A DNA stretch of 64,000 nt from Candidatus Kaiserbacteria bacterium (GCA_017134395.1 CP070993.1:23231-87230), one strand, 5' to 3'; numbered from the stretch's first letter, positions 1-9,505 are shown. Numbers and translations: made by a program. The notes: a model not told the origin generated them from the sequence alone.

Positions 1-276
1 TTCCCTTTTGTAGAACCTGGTGTTGAAGTTGATATGCGATTAACGGGAGATACGGTACCAGCGCGACTAAAGGGTAAGTGGATAGAGATACTTGGTGCTG
101 GCATGTTGCACCCGAATGTGTTGAAAGCTGGTGGTATTGACCCTGAAGAATACCAAGGATGGGCGTTTGGCGGTGGTATCGAGAGACTGTGTATGTTGAA
201 GTGGGGAATTGATGATGTGCGGTTATTCCATTCGGGAGATTTACGTTTTATCCAGCAATTTAAGTCAAGCAAATAG
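1..276 (+). CDS. pheS: phenylalanine--tRNA ligase alpha subunit, C-terminal fragment (gene begins upstream of window)
   Basis: Frame-1 translation from nt 1 (...[35 protein letters not shown]) matches the conserved PheS C-terminus. Stop is TAG at 274-276. Confidence 0.85.
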   Translation, partial: FPFVEPGVEVDMRLTGDTVPARLKGKWIEILGAGMLHPNVLKAGGIDPEEYQGWAFGGGIERLCMLKWGIDDVRLFHSGDLRFIQQFKSSK

Positions 277-277
277 T

Positions 278-2194
278 ATGAAAGTAAGCTACGAATGGTT
301 AGAAACTTTTTTTGATGCTGGAACACTTCCTCGTGTTGCCGAGCTTGAACAACTACTTACATTTCATGCATTTGAAATAGAGAATGTTGAAGAAGTTGCT
401 GGCACATCAGTTATAGATGTAGATGTTCTTCCAAACCGTGCTGCTGACTCACTTTCACACAGAGGTGTAGCACGAGAAATTTCGGCACTTTTGAATATCT
501 CAATGCAGCATGATCCACTGAAAGAAGAAGTAAATCTAACTCCAGAAACCGATTCCATCGCGATAGAACTCGACACCGATGCATCGTGTACATATTACAA
601 TGCGGCGCGCATTACTGGTGTAGCTGTTGGGGAATCCCCACAGTGGTTACAAAAAAGACTTGAAGCAATTGGGCAGAAATCTATAAACAATGTTGTTGAT
701 GCAACTAACTACGTGCTGTTTAACATAGGGCAACCGACACATGTATTTGATGCCACTAAATTTAGCGGTACAACTCCGAGTATTGGTACGCGCCACGCTG
801 AAAGAGGGGAGAAAATAAGCCTTTTGGGTGGAACGGAAGTAGAGTTGGACGAAACTATGACGGTAATTATTGATAGAGCTTCTGATACGCCACTTGCTGT
901 TGCTGGCGTTAAAGGTGGAGTACATGCCGAGGTAGTGAATGAGACTACTGACATAATTATAGAGTCAGCAACATTTGACCCAGTACAAACCCGTAAAACT
1001 TCTCAGGCACTAAAAATACGAACTGATGCATCAGCACGATTTGAAAACAACGTTGCTGATGAGCTTGCAGCCTATGGTGTGAAAGCAGTTACGACACTGA
1101 TTTTAGAATTAGCAGGGGGTCAAATACAAGGGTATGCGAGCGCCGGAGCTACAAAACCAACAAATAAAGAAGTTGGCGTGACAGCGAGTCGGGCATCAAA
1201 ACTTCTTGGTGCGGATATTACCGATGAAATAATGGAGGACATATTTAAACGGCTAGCATTTTCCTACACTAAAGATGGTGACGTATTTAACGTGACTGCT
1301 CCATTTGAGAGACGCGATATACACATACCCGAAGATATCATTGAAGAGATTGGACGAGTGTATGGGTACAATAAAATCGAAAGCCAGCAACTTCCTCCAG
1401 CGCAGAAAACTCCTAGAATCAATAAGAAATTTGCATACGCAGAGCTTATCAGAAAAACGCTTATAGAAAGCGGGGTTACAGAAACATTTTTGTATTCTTT
1501 GCGAGATACGGGTGAAGTTAAGCTTGTTAATTCACTTGCGAGTGATAAAGACCATCTGCGGAGCAATCTGAAAGATGGCCTACGTGAACTTCTTGATACG
1601 AGTGAAAAAAATATGCCATTACTTGGTTTGTATGAAACAGTGTCTTTGTTTGAGATAGGGAACGTGTTTACTAATGGTGCGGAAGAAATGCACGTGTGCG
1701 TGGCGGTTCGAGTCACTGGAAAAAAGAAGAAAGACGAACGAACACTCAGCGCACTTGTAGCTATCAAGGAGCGCCTTGAGGAAGTCTTAGGTACAACGCT
1801 TCCAGAACCTGTTGATGAAACACTCGAGTGGAATCTCGATACAGTACTTGAAACCGCTCCTGAACTCGACGCGTATCCAAATGTGCCAACGGTAGCTGAT
1901 GCTGTTTCTTACAAACCATTTAGCCAGTATCCATTTATGCTTCGCGATATCGCAGTATGGGTACCTGAATCTACAACAGAAGAAAGTGTACGAGAAGTAA
2001 TTGAAACTCATGCAAGTGATTTATTGCAAAGGTGCGACATGTTTGATGTCTTTACAAAAGACGGACGGACATCGTACGCGTTTCATCTCGTATTTCAATC
2101 AATGGACGAAACGCTCACTGACGAGAAAGTAGGAGTCATTATGAGTGGTATTGAAGATGAAATGAGTGCTCAAAATGGGTGGGAAATTCGCTAA
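278..2194 (+). CDS. pheT: phenylalanine--tRNA ligase beta subunit (short form, about 639 aa)
   Basis: Starts MKVSYEWLETFF, the typical PheT N-terminus. ATG at 278 sits 1 nt after the pheS stop; the listed ORF start at 209 is an upstream in-frame extension overlapping pheS. Confidence 0.85.
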   Translation: MKVSYEWLETFFDAGTLPRVAELEQLLTFHAFEIENVEEVAGTSVIDVDVLPNRAADSLSHRGVAREISALLNISMQHDPLKEEVNLTPETDSIAIELDTDASCTYYNAARITGVAVGESPQWLQKRLEAIGQKSINNVVDATNYVLFNIGQPTHVFDATKFSGTTPSIGTRHAERGEKISLLGGTEVELDETMTVIIDRASDTPLAVAGVKGGVHAEVVNETTDIIIESATFDPVQTRKTSQALKIRTDASARFENNVADELAAYGVKAVTTLILELAGGQIQGYASAGATKPTNKEVGVTASRASKLLGADITDEIMEDIFKRLAFSYTKDGDVFNVTAPFERRDIHIPEDIIEEIGRVYGYNKIESQQLPPAQKTPRINKKFAYAELIRKTLIESGVTETFLYSLRDTGEVKLVNSLASDKDHLRSNLKDGLRELLDTSEKNMPLLGLYETVSLFEIGNVFTNGAEEMHVCVAVRVTGKKKKDERTLSALVAIKERLEEVLGTTLPEPVDETLEWNLDTVLETAPELDAYPNVPTVADAVSYKPFSQYPFMLRDIAVWVPESTTEESVREVIETHASDLLQRCDMFDVFTKDGRTSYAFHLVFQSMDETLTDEKVGVIMSGIEDEMSAQNGWEIR

Positions 2195-2244
2195 ATAGAA
2201 CACACGATAGATGTGTGTAAAAGCGCGCATTTACAGGTTTTTTT

Positions 2245-2285
2245 TGGTATACTGTATGCACGTTTGAGAGTACTTAAGTACTCTC
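2245..2285 (+). promoter_or_regulatory. Candidate gyrB promoter (extended -10 TGgTATACT at about 2245-2253) followed by a 20-bp perfect palindrome GAGAGTACTTAAGTACTCTC (2266-2285) in the leader
   Basis: Motif read directly; no convincing -35. The palindrome lies between the predicted TSS and the gyrB ATG at 2299. Confidence 0.4.
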
Positions 2286-2298
2286 ATTTATAAGATAT

Positions 2299-4362
2299 AT
2301 GGCAGTTAAAAAAGCAGCAGAAAAGAAAGCCCCAGCGAAGAAAGGTAGCTACGGAGCAGATGACATTACAGTTTTAGAAGGGCTTGAAGCTGTTCGACGA
2401 CGTCCTGGTATGTACATCGGTACCACTGGTATTGATGGGCTTCACCACCTTATTTGGGAAATTTTCGACAACTCACGTGATGAAGCGATGGGTGGGTTTG
2501 CTGATGATGTTGAGGTAGCGCTACTACCAGGTAATCGTATTCGTGTTGTCGACAACGGACGTGGTATTCCTGTGGACATACATAAGAAGACAAAAGTTTC
2601 AGCTCTTGAAACTATTATGACTACACTTCACGCTGGAGGAAAATTTGGTGGTGAAGGGTACAAATTCTCTGGTGGTTTGCACGGGGTTGGTGTTTCTGTT
2701 GTGAACGCACTTTCAACACATGTTCGTGCGGAAGTTCACCGCGAAGGCGCTTCACACGTACAGGAGTACAAAAATGGTGGTAAACCAGTTGGCAAAATAA
2801 AGAAGATTGGCCCTTCAAAATTAAAGGGAACCATTATTACGTTCGATGCAGACCCATCTATATTTCCTGAAATTAGATACGACTGGAAAACTATCGTTGA
2901 GCATTTGCGACAACAAGCATATTTGGTTCGTGGCATGCGCCTGACTATTATCGATGCTCGTGAGTACGAAGGAGCACTAGATGATACAAAGACATTTTAT
3001 CTCCGCGACCACATGCTCGATGTTCCATCGATGACGTTCTACTTTGAGGGAGGACTTACGAGTTTGGTGGCGTTTCAAAATCGTCATCAAAAAGAATTAC
3101 ACAAAAAGATTTTCTATATCGAACGAGAGCAAGACGATGTGCATGTTGAGGTCGCGCTGCAATACGTAGATGATATTTCTGCTCGGGTGTCTGCTTTTGC
3201 AAACAATATATACAATCCAGAAGGAGGAACACACATTACCGGTTTTAAAACAGCTCTCACACGATCTCTTAACAGTTACGTAAAGAAGGCTAACCTCAAG
3301 GGTGTTGACGAAGGATTTACTGGAGACGATGTGCTTGAGGGGCTTACTGCTGTTGTGTCTGTGAAAATGGAGGAGATTCAGTTCGAAGGACAAACAAAAG
3401 CAAAATTAGGAAGTGTTGAAGCTCGTGGAGCTGTAGAGTCTGTATTCTCGGCAGCTTTTGTTGATTTCTTAGAAGAGAATCCAAATGAGGCAAAAGCAAT
3501 AATTATGAAGGCAGTTCTTGCCATGAAAGCACGAAAAGCCGCTAAAGCCGCTAAAGATTCTGTATTACGAAAGGGAGCTCTTGAAGGAATGACACTGCCC
3601 GGAAAACTTTCTGACTGCCAGACAAAGTCAGCAGAGGAGGCAGAAATTTTCATTGTTGAGGGAGATTCGGCTGGTGGTTCGAGTAAGCAAGGGCGCGATC
3701 GTCGTACACAAGCTATTCTTCCGCTAAGAGGAAAAATCTTGAACGTTGAACGAGCACGGCTTGATAAGATGCTCGCAAATAATGAAATTAAGTCACTTGT
3801 TATCGCACTTGGAGCTGCTATCGGCGATACGTTTGATGTTACAAAATTGCGATACCATAAGATTATTATTGCTACTGACGCCGATGTCGATGGTGCACAC
3901 ATTCGAACATTGCTCTTAACGTTATTCTATCGGTACTTTAAGCCTGTTGTAGAAGGAGGATACCTTTATATTGCACAGCCACCATTGTATAAAATCAAAA
4001 AAGGAAAGCAGGTAGATTATGCATACACAGAAGAAGAAAAGAAGGAATTTGCCGGAGACGCCGCGGTAGAGGAAGACATTGAGCTTGATGTTGATGCCGC
4101 TGAGCCCGAGGTAGATGAGGTAGAAGAAACAAAAAAACGAACAGCCAAAGTTTCTGTGCAACGATACAAAGGACTTGGAGAAATGAACCCAGAAGAATTA
4201 TGGGAAACAACTATGGATCCAGAACGTCGCTTATTAAAGCAGGTAACTATCGAGGATGGACAGGAAGCTGACCGAGTATTTGATACTTTGATGGGAACTG
4301 ATGTTGCATCGCGAAAAGCGTTTATTCAGGCTCATGCACGAGAGGCGACACTCGATTTGTAA
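2299..4362 (+). CDS. gyrB: DNA gyrase subunit B
   Basis: 687 aa. Shows the GHKL ATPase N-terminus (EGLEAVRRRPGMYIG), a Toprim region (EGDSAGGS, DADVDGAHI) and the acidic insertion typical of GyrB. Confidence 0.95.
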   Translation: MAVKKAAEKKAPAKKGSYGADDITVLEGLEAVRRRPGMYIGTTGIDGLHHLIWEIFDNSRDEAMGGFADDVEVALLPGNRIRVVDNGRGIPVDIHKKTKVSALETIMTTLHAGGKFGGEGYKFSGGLHGVGVSVVNALSTHVRAEVHREGASHVQEYKNGGKPVGKIKKIGPSKLKGTIITFDADPSIFPEIRYDWKTIVEHLRQQAYLVRGMRLTIIDAREYEGALDDTKTFYLRDHMLDVPSMTFYFEGGLTSLVAFQNRHQKELHKKIFYIEREQDDVHVEVALQYVDDISARVSAFANNIYNPEGGTHITGFKTALTRSLNSYVKKANLKGVDEGFTGDDVLEGLTAVVSVKMEEIQFEGQTKAKLGSVEARGAVESVFSAAFVDFLEENPNEAKAIIMKAVLAMKARKAAKAAKDSVLRKGALEGMTLPGKLSDCQTKSAEEAEIFIVEGDSAGGSSKQGRDRRTQAILPLRGKILNVERARLDKMLANNEIKSLVIALGAAIGDTFDVTKLRYHKIIIATDADVDGAHIRTLLLTLFYRYFKPVVEGGYLYIAQPPLYKIKKGKQVDYAYTEEEKKEFAGDAAVEEDIELDVDAAEPEVDEVEETKKRTAKVSVQRYKGLGEMNPEELWETTMDPERRLLKQVTIEDGQEADRVFDTLMGTDVASRKAFIQAHAREATLDL

Positions 4363-4385
4363 ATATACTATCGAATATATCAATT

Positions 4386-4418
4386 AAAAAATACACCAGC
4401 TCGCTGGTGTATTTTTTT
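4386..4418. terminator. Bidirectional rho-independent terminator
   Basis: Hairpin ATACACCAG-CTCG-CTGGTGTAT flanked by AAAAAA upstream and TTTTTTT downstream, between convergent gyrB and the 4436-5500 gene. Confidence 0.7.
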
Positions 4419-4435
4419 GAGTGCCTCGTTCTTAG

Positions 4436-5500
4436 TTAGTAACCAAGAACAGTTATTGTTTGTCGCGCTGCGTTGTTGTATTCGTTCGATTCGTAAATGT
4501 AGTTTGACTCATCAACTTGCACGCTAAACGTATGAGTTCCTGGAATGAGCTGGTCGAAGGTCATAAAGATTTCAACTGATTCGTTTGGCATAAGCGTTCG
4601 TTGTGCATCTGAATTGAATGGGTATCCGCCACGAGTTGGTAACATTGCAGAGAAATACCAGTTTCCACTTTGTTTTGTTCCGCGGTTTGTTACCCGGAAC
4701 ATAGCACCACCAGTACTATATGTGCGTAGAATTCCTTTAGCTTCAAATGAACCATAGGCGTTAATGTCACCAATTGCGACCATCTGTACTTCTAAGTCAA
4801 CACTCCCGTAAGGGTTTGATGCCTGAGGCACGTACGTGTATGTGTACGGCGTATTGTACTGTGTTGGAACAACTGACGTTGCCTCACGTGGTCCACTTGT
4901 AGAAGTATCTGTTTCTGCGGTGGTTGTGGTCACATCATCTGCTTGGGTGGTTTCAGTCTCGACAGACGTATCTTCATCACTTTCGTTTTCCACATCTATC
5001 ACTACAGGCGAAGTATTTACTACCTGTAGTGATTTCGTATCACGCACACTTTCTCCTGTAGAGTTGGTGTAGGTAACTGCAATTGCTACATCAGTGAGCT
5101 CATTTGCAGAAACAGGAATTACTTTAAGAGTGGTATCAGTTGTTGGGAGAGAGTAGGGTGCGTTACATGGCACAGGACGATCGGCAATCTGGAAATAGAA
5201 TCCTTCTTTACATGCGTATGAGAAAGAAAGAACACCTGTTTCGTCCCCAGTGTGTGCAAAGGTAAGGTCTACTGAGTCACCGGAGTTAGCAACATCTTTG
5301 CTTAGTTCAACAACAATATCCTTATCTCCAAGATCGATGTTAGCAGCAGTACTAGAAGTTACTCCTGTGTCGGAAAAGAGGCGAGGGACGAAGGTTATAA
5401 CCTGAATCGCGCTCCACACACCAATTGCAAGAAGGATAATAAATCCGAGTATCGCGAATATATTTTTTGCAGTTGTTACGTTGTTGTCTTTTGCATTCAT
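4436..5500 (-). CDS. N-terminally membrane-anchored surface protein with a Thr/Asp/Glu-rich linker and a C-terminal CARDB-like beta domain (hypothetical)
   Basis: 354 aa. N-terminal TM helix (IFAILGFIILLAIGVWSAIQVI), an acidic T/D/E-rich stretch (DEDTSVETETTQADDVTTTTAETDTSTSG) and a C-terminal region resembling a CARDB/adhesin fold. The domain call is tentative. Confidence 0.5.
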   Translation of the reverse strand: MNAKDNNVTTAKNIFAILGFIILLAIGVWSAIQVITFVPRLFSDTGVTSSTAANIDLGDKDIVVELSKDVANSGDSVDLTFAHTGDETGVLSFSYACKEGFYFQIADRPVPCNAPYSLPTTDTTLKVIPVSANELTDVAIAVTYTNSTGESVRDTKSLQVVNTSPVVIDVENESDEDTSVETETTQADDVTTTTAETDTSTSGPREATSVVPTQYNTPYTYTYVPQASNPYGSVDLEVQMVAIGDINAYGSFEAKGILRTYSTGGAMFRVTNRGTKQSGNWYFSAMLPTRGGYPFNSDAQRTLMPNESVEIFMTFDQLIPGTHTFSVQVDESNYIYESNEYNNAARQTITVLGY

Positions 5501-5603
5501 AGACTATATTTTTATTACGCGCTGATAATACCACACTTACTCACTTAGTCAATATGTGTTTTCGATACGTATAGTGTGTTTCCAAGATACCATAGGCTAA
5601 TGC

Positions 5604-5632
5604 TTGACAAAAGCACTATTATGAAGTATAGT
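5604..5632 (+). promoter_or_regulatory. sigma70-like promoter TTGACA-N17-TATAGT upstream of the sortase gene
   Basis: TTGACA at 5604-5609, a 17-nt spacer, TATAGT at 5627-5632; ATG at 5650. Confidence 0.6.
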
Positions 5633-5649
5633 CTTAATCGACAAAAGCT

Positions 5650-6345
5650 ATGGAATACAAGCCTGATTACAATTCACAGACAATAGCCGCGACACTTTTC
5701 AAACCCAAAATACTTTGGGCTCTTGCTATTGCGTGGCTCGCATTGGTTATAATTGGTTCTATTATTACGGTGAGTGCAGCAAATACTGGGCTCAATGATA
5801 GAGAGGTTGAGGCGCTGCTTTCTGAAAACGAGCGCCTCGCTCTTGCAACAAATGTTGCCTACAATGAGACAAACAGGGCACAAGCATTAGAAAATAATGC
5901 TATTACAGTATTTCCTGATCGCCTCGTAGTTCCTAGTTTGGGTATTGACTTACCTATTTCTAACCCACAAACAAGGGATATTCAAGCGCTCGACGAAGAA
6001 CTTAAGACAGCAGCGGTGCGTTATCCTGACTCAGCAAAGCTAGGAGAGCAAGGAGGTAATGTGCTTCTTTTTGGACACTCAAGTCGTTTGCCGATTGTGC
6101 GAAACCAACTCTTTAAGGCGTTTAATGATATTGAAAAACTAAGTGAAGGAAACATTATTCAGGCACATTCTGGTACTGACGTCTACAGTTATCGTGTAAG
6201 TCGTGTGTATCAGGCAAATGCAACAGACGATAAGATTGCACTTGACGTTGAAGGGCACCGTCTTACGCTACTTACCTGTGATTCCTTTGGAGCAAAGAGC
6301 GACCGGTGGGTAGTTGAAGCGGAGTTTCTCGGAAAAAACATCTAG
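5650..6345 (+). CDS. sortase family transpeptidase (class E-like; N-terminal TM anchor)
   Basis: 231 aa. Catalytic triad context LLFGHSS (His), LTLLTCDSFG (the TLxTC Cys motif) and RWVVEAEF (Arg), with an N-terminal TM helix. Confidence 0.75.
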   Translation: MEYKPDYNSQTIAATLFKPKILWALAIAWLALVIIGSIITVSAANTGLNDREVEALLSENERLALATNVAYNETNRAQALENNAITVFPDRLVVPSLGIDLPISNPQTRDIQALDEELKTAAVRYPDSAKLGEQGGNVLLFGHSSRLPIVRNQLFKAFNDIEKLSEGNIIQAHSGTDVYSYRVSRVYQANATDDKIALDVEGHRLTLLTCDSFGAKSDRWVVEAEFLGKNI

Positions 6346-6378
6346 TTATTTTCACTTAAAAACTTTTGGAATATGAAA

Positions 6379-6418
6379 ATCGCCACGCAACCTAGGTTGC
6401 GTGGCGATGTTTTGTATG
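6379..6418. terminator. Bidirectional rho-independent terminator
   Basis: 14-bp perfect stem ATCGCCACGCAACC / GGTTGCGTGGCGAT followed by GTTTTG; A-rich on the other side. Lies between the sortase gene (+) and the 6445-7536 gene (-). Confidence 0.7.
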
Positions 6419-6444
6419 GGAGAAGAATCATTTAGAGAATGATA

Positions 6445-7536
6445 TTATTCATCTCTTTTGGAGTCGCTGGTTGTCACCGCAGCTCCTGATGTGAAATCTC
6501 CCGCAGTTTTGTCGCCACGAACAATGACCATTCGTGCAGCTGCAGTTCGTCCATCAGCCATGAGGTCTTCAATGATTCGATGAACATCGACATCTGGATA
6601 TTTTTCTTGCAGTTTCTTTACCAGTTTCACTCGGTCGCGTACTGTCCTCCCGCGAATGTCAGCTTCTTTTGCTTCAGCACGTGCTGCAGCAACGTCATTC
6701 GGCTCATTGATATCAACAACATCAACGCCGCCGCGCGGGATAAAAATCCCGGACTGTCTCAACCGTTCGCGGATAGACTTGCCTTTTTGTCCTCCTGAGA
6801 AACAAAATGGAACCGTCTTAACACTCCCATCCTCGTTGGTTTCATCTGATGAAAGTTGAATTTCATCAACTTCACCACTGAGAACATCTGCGAGGAGTAA
6901 GTTCATAGAACTCATCTCGAAAATTTCTTTACCAGAGTGGAGATTTATAAACGTAAAGATAGTTGCTTCATGCAACTCGTTCATTGCTCTTTCAGGTGCA
7001 CTTACATTGCGGGTGCTTTCAATCGTACGGATAAAAGGCAAAGGCCATCGAACGAACCATCGCCGTACTCTGAATTTTACGGTAAAACGTACCCCGTCCC
7101 GTGTCTCAACCTCCTCGACTGTTTGCAGGTTAGTTTGACGTTCGCCAAAGGCGACTTGGAAGAAAAGACTACCAAACGGTTGGGGCCAGTAGAATTGCCA
7201 CCCTGACGGACCGATATGGGTTTCGTCGAAACTTCCGAAGAGCGTCGGAACTGCATTTCGGTACGATGCTACAACCCCATCTCCATTAAAGCTCCAGATA
7301 AGACCAAGCAAGAAACCTGCTACCCCGGCGAATATCACAAGGTCGGTATTTGCTGTAAGCAAAAATACTGGTATTGAGAGTATTCCGCCAACAGAAAGAC
7401 CTGTAGGAAGACCAAAGCGAAAAAAACTCTCGATCTGTGCCCTTCTATTTTTTGTTGGGTCGAGAAGAGCCTCCAAGCCGTAATTCATTTGGGGCATGTC
7501 GGTGACTTCTAAAGCCGCCATGTGTTCATCAGTCAT
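6445..7536 (-). CDS. SPFH/band-7 (flotillin/HflK-like) membrane protein (tentative)
   Basis: 363 aa. N-terminal TM hairpin, a central region resembling the SPFH fold (ETRDGVRFTVKFRVRRWF), and a C-terminal Ala/Glu-rich coiled coil (AAARAEAKEADIRGR). Confidence 0.5.
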   Translation of the reverse strand: MTDEHMAALEVTDMPQMNYGLEALLDPTKNRRAQIESFFRFGLPTGLSVGGILSIPVFLLTANTDLVIFAGVAGFLLGLIWSFNGDGVVASYRNAVPTLFGSFDETHIGPSGWQFYWPQPFGSLFFQVAFGERQTNLQTVEEVETRDGVRFTVKFRVRRWFVRWPLPFIRTIESTRNVSAPERAMNELHEATIFTFINLHSGKEIFEMSSMNLLLADVLSGEVDEIQLSSDETNEDGSVKTVPFCFSGGQKGKSIRERLRQSGIFIPRGGVDVVDINEPNDVAAARAEAKEADIRGRTVRDRVKLVKKLQEKYPDVDVHRIIEDLMADGRTAAARMVIVRGDKTAGDFTSGAAVTTSDSKRDE

Positions 7537-7727
7537 GTTCTTTCTCCCATTTTCAAAGAACTATGTCGTCACAAGACGACATTTGATAAAATAATACAAT
7601 AAAATATAGGTAAGTCAAATACTTAGCTTTTCCACAGATTTTATTGACAATATTTCTTTTTGCTATTAAATACTCCAGCTACGTTCAATTTTGAACATAG
7701 CCTAGTCCATCCTTAAGGGGGAAAAGA

Positions 7728-7868
7728 ATGAAGGATATTATTGCCGCTGCAGATAGTCTTAGTCTTGTGGCTGCAATCGTCGTTGGGTCGGCGTTTGTAG
7801 TTGGCTGCCGGATTGCAGCTGAAACACAGGAAGCAGTGTCCCAGATTCGTGCTTTGCGTTCTGATTGA
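7728..7868 (+). CDS. Small hydrophobic peptide (46 aa), first of a two-ORF mini-operon
   Basis: Strong SD AAGGGGGAAAAGA immediately before ATG 7728. Product MKDIIAAADSLSLVAAIVVGSAFVVGCRIAAETQEAVSQIRALRSD. A promoter-like TTGACA lies at 7644-7649. Confidence 0.35.
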   Translation: MKDIIAAADSLSLVAAIVVGSAFVVGCRIAAETQEAVSQIRALRSD

Positions 7869-7888
7869 CTTCGGAGGAGGTATACGAA

Positions 7889-7996
7889 TTGAGTCCTGAG
7901 ATTTTCAACGGCTATTCCCGATTTATCGGGTATGCTTTCGTTTGGGTAATCGCTGGAGCATTCGTGTTCTGGTGGTACAAAGAGCCTGCGGAATAA
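7889..7996 (+). CDS. Small hydrophobic peptide (35 aa, TTG start), second ORF of the mini-operon
   Basis: SD GGAGGAGG sits 8 nt before TTG 7889. Product LSPEIFNGYSRFIGYAFVWVIAGAFVFWWYKEPAE, a single TM helix. Followed by a strong terminator. Confidence 0.3.
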   Translation: MSPEIFNGYSRFIGYAFVWVIAGAFVFWWYKEPAE

Positions 7997-8006
7997 CAGC
8001 AGGTAA

Positions 8007-8045
8007 ATGTGGCTAGAAAAGGGGGTAACTGTAAGGTTCACCCCC
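8007..8045 (+). terminator. Rho-independent terminator
   Basis: Stem AAAAGGGGGT / ACCCCCTTTT with a 13-nt loop, followed by a T-run. Confidence 0.65.
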
Positions 8046-8324
8046 TTTTTTCTATGCAAAAATAAACGCCACCACAGGAGTACTTCCATTATTTCTAAGA
8101 GCAAAACTCTAAGAAAAATTGGTCGCTCAGTCAATTGAAGCGTTTAAGAGGCTCAACAAGGCCATCTTTTATACAGCACACTATTGAAAAAGAGTCGCTA
8201 AACCCTTGACAAGCAGAGTTATATATGCCACTATATACGCATAAGGGATTCTTCTCGGAGGATTCCAAAGCTCTTTGGTTCATTGAAGCGCACCTTCGTA
8301 AGGTGCAAAAAAGGAGAATGCATC

Positions 8325-8786
8325 ATGTTGAAAAACAGCTTGTTTTGGGTTGTTGGTCTGGCAGTGTTTGGTTTTGCTGTGTTTGGTCTTGACGCGGCGT
8401 TCAATCTCGGTCTCTTTTCGGAAAAGGATTCACCGCAGGAAGTTGCAGACAATGGCGACACCTTGGACGAAAAGATTGCTGCAGCTGTCGCTGCAGCGAT
8501 GCGCGAGCAAGGACAGGGTGCTAACACACCTCGCGACGTTTCTGTCAATTCTGTTGACAGGAACGCACGGCCTGGCAAGGTGATCTACGTTTCTTCGCCT
8601 GCTGCTCCTGGGGTCAAACTCAACGAACGGACAGCGGTGTTTGCTGAATGTCTTCAAGAGAAAGGCGTGCCTTACTCAATTGTTGACAAGGGCACTCACA
8701 ACGATGTTCGCGTTGTTGATGACGAACTCAGCGCAGGGCAATCTGTTATTGTTGCATCGTGTGCTGCCGGTCTTCCTCGGAGATGA
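8325..8786 (+). CDS. hypothetical secreted or membrane-anchored protein
   Basis: SD AAGGAG upstream of ATG 8325. N-terminal hydrophobic segment MLKNSLFWVVGLAVFGFAVFGL. No recognisable domain. The listed ORF start 8283 is an upstream extension. Confidence 0.55.
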   Translation: MLKNSLFWVVGLAVFGFAVFGLDAAFNLGLFSEKDSPQEVADNGDTLDEKIAAAVAAAMREQGQGANTPRDVSVNSVDRNARPGKVIYVSSPAAPGVKLNERTAVFAECLQEKGVPYSIVDKGTHNDVRVVDDELSAGQSVIVASCAAGLPRR

Positions 8787-8813
8787 AAGGCTTCGAACTT
8801 CTTTTTGATCAAA

Positions 8814-8853
8814 CACAGAGAACCACATGGTTCTCTGTGCGAGATCTTTTTTT
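8814..8853 (+). terminator. Rho-independent terminator
   Basis: Stem CACAGAGAACC-ACAT-GGTTCTCTGTG, then CGAGATCTTTTTTTA. Confidence 0.75.
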
Positions 8854-8950
8854 ATGTTCTCACCTAACTGGTCATAAGTAATAAACTAAATGAGTTATTA
8901 CCAGTCAGGTTCGAATAACGAGCCGTTGGCATTCAAGAAGGAGTTGCCAT

Positions 8951-9433
8951 ATGAGAAAGATGTTCTTTGTGATAGGGACGATTTTTCTTGTCGCCTCATT
9001 CAGCTCCGGTGTTACAGCGGGAGAAGATGAGGGATGTGCAAGTAACCCTGGGTTGTGTGAAACGAATAGCACAATGGTCCCGCGTGGGCGGATTCCATTC
9101 AGTGGGCCTACGATATGCGTTCGCGTGATTGCTCTTCCTGGGGAGCAGACGAATATGTACATTTCGACGACAAGAGATTCAGAACCCTTTCACGACTACT
9201 CGAAAGTAGCTGATTCAAATGGAGTTGCCGAGTTTCTCATCGGACGAGAGTTTATCGAAAATGCATATAAGTACGGACACATCATTCGTGCTTGCAGCAA
9301 AGATGGACGCGATGGGGAGTTCTTTGAGCCGGATGATTTGCGAGAGCATATCGAAAGCGAGAACCCTAAGGATTGCAAATCAGTACCTCTATGTATTTTG
9401 AAAGGAGGTATTGGGTGTCCCGAAGGTCGGTGA
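8951..9433 (+). CDS. hypothetical secreted Cys-containing protein
   Basis: 160 aa. N-terminal signal-like MRKMFFVIGTIFLVASFSSGVTA and about 8 Cys. No recognisable domain. Confidence 0.55.
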   Translation: MRKMFFVIGTIFLVASFSSGVTAGEDEGCASNPGLCETNSTMVPRGRIPFSGPTICVRVIALPGEQTNMYISTTRDSEPFHDYSKVADSNGVAEFLIGREFIENAYKYGHIIRACSKDGRDGEFFEPDDLREHIESENPKDCKSVPLCILKGGIGCPEGR

Positions 9434-9451
9434 TGATACTAGAATTAGTTT

Positions 9452-9495
9452 GTAGGCGGGAGAAGATATTCTCGCCTACAACACTTTCTTTTTTT
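9452..9495 (+). terminator. Rho-independent terminator
   Basis: Stem GTAGGCG / CGCCTAC (9452-9479) followed by CTTTCTTTTTTTAT. Confidence 0.65.
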
Positions 9496-9505
9496 ATAAT
9501 AAACC

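Noticed and set aside
209-277. Upstream extension of pheT overlapping pheS (listed ORF start 209)
   Set aside because: The conserved PheT N-terminus MKVSYEWL begins at ATG 278, directly after the pheS stop. The extension is an in-frame artifact.
1264-1767. Antisense ORFs inside pheT, gyrB, rpoB, rpoC, dnaE, the RNase R genes, the transporter and the giant ORF (for example 1264-1767, 3378-3902, 38263-38790, 41678-42139, 46562-47131)
   Set aside because: They lie entirely within well-supported genes on the opposite strand and have biased, low-complexity composition. They are spurious.
7685-8134. 149-aa ORF on the minus strand in the ORF track
   Set aside because: Its composition is R/L-rich and low-complexity with no start context. 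The opposite strand carries two SD-led small ORFs plus a promoter and terminator that better explain the region.
8908-8916. GGTTCGAAT, a tRNA T-loop-like motif
   Set aside because: The flanks cannot form a T-stem, acceptor or anticodon arm, so this is not a tRNA. I found no tRNA genes in any intergenic region.
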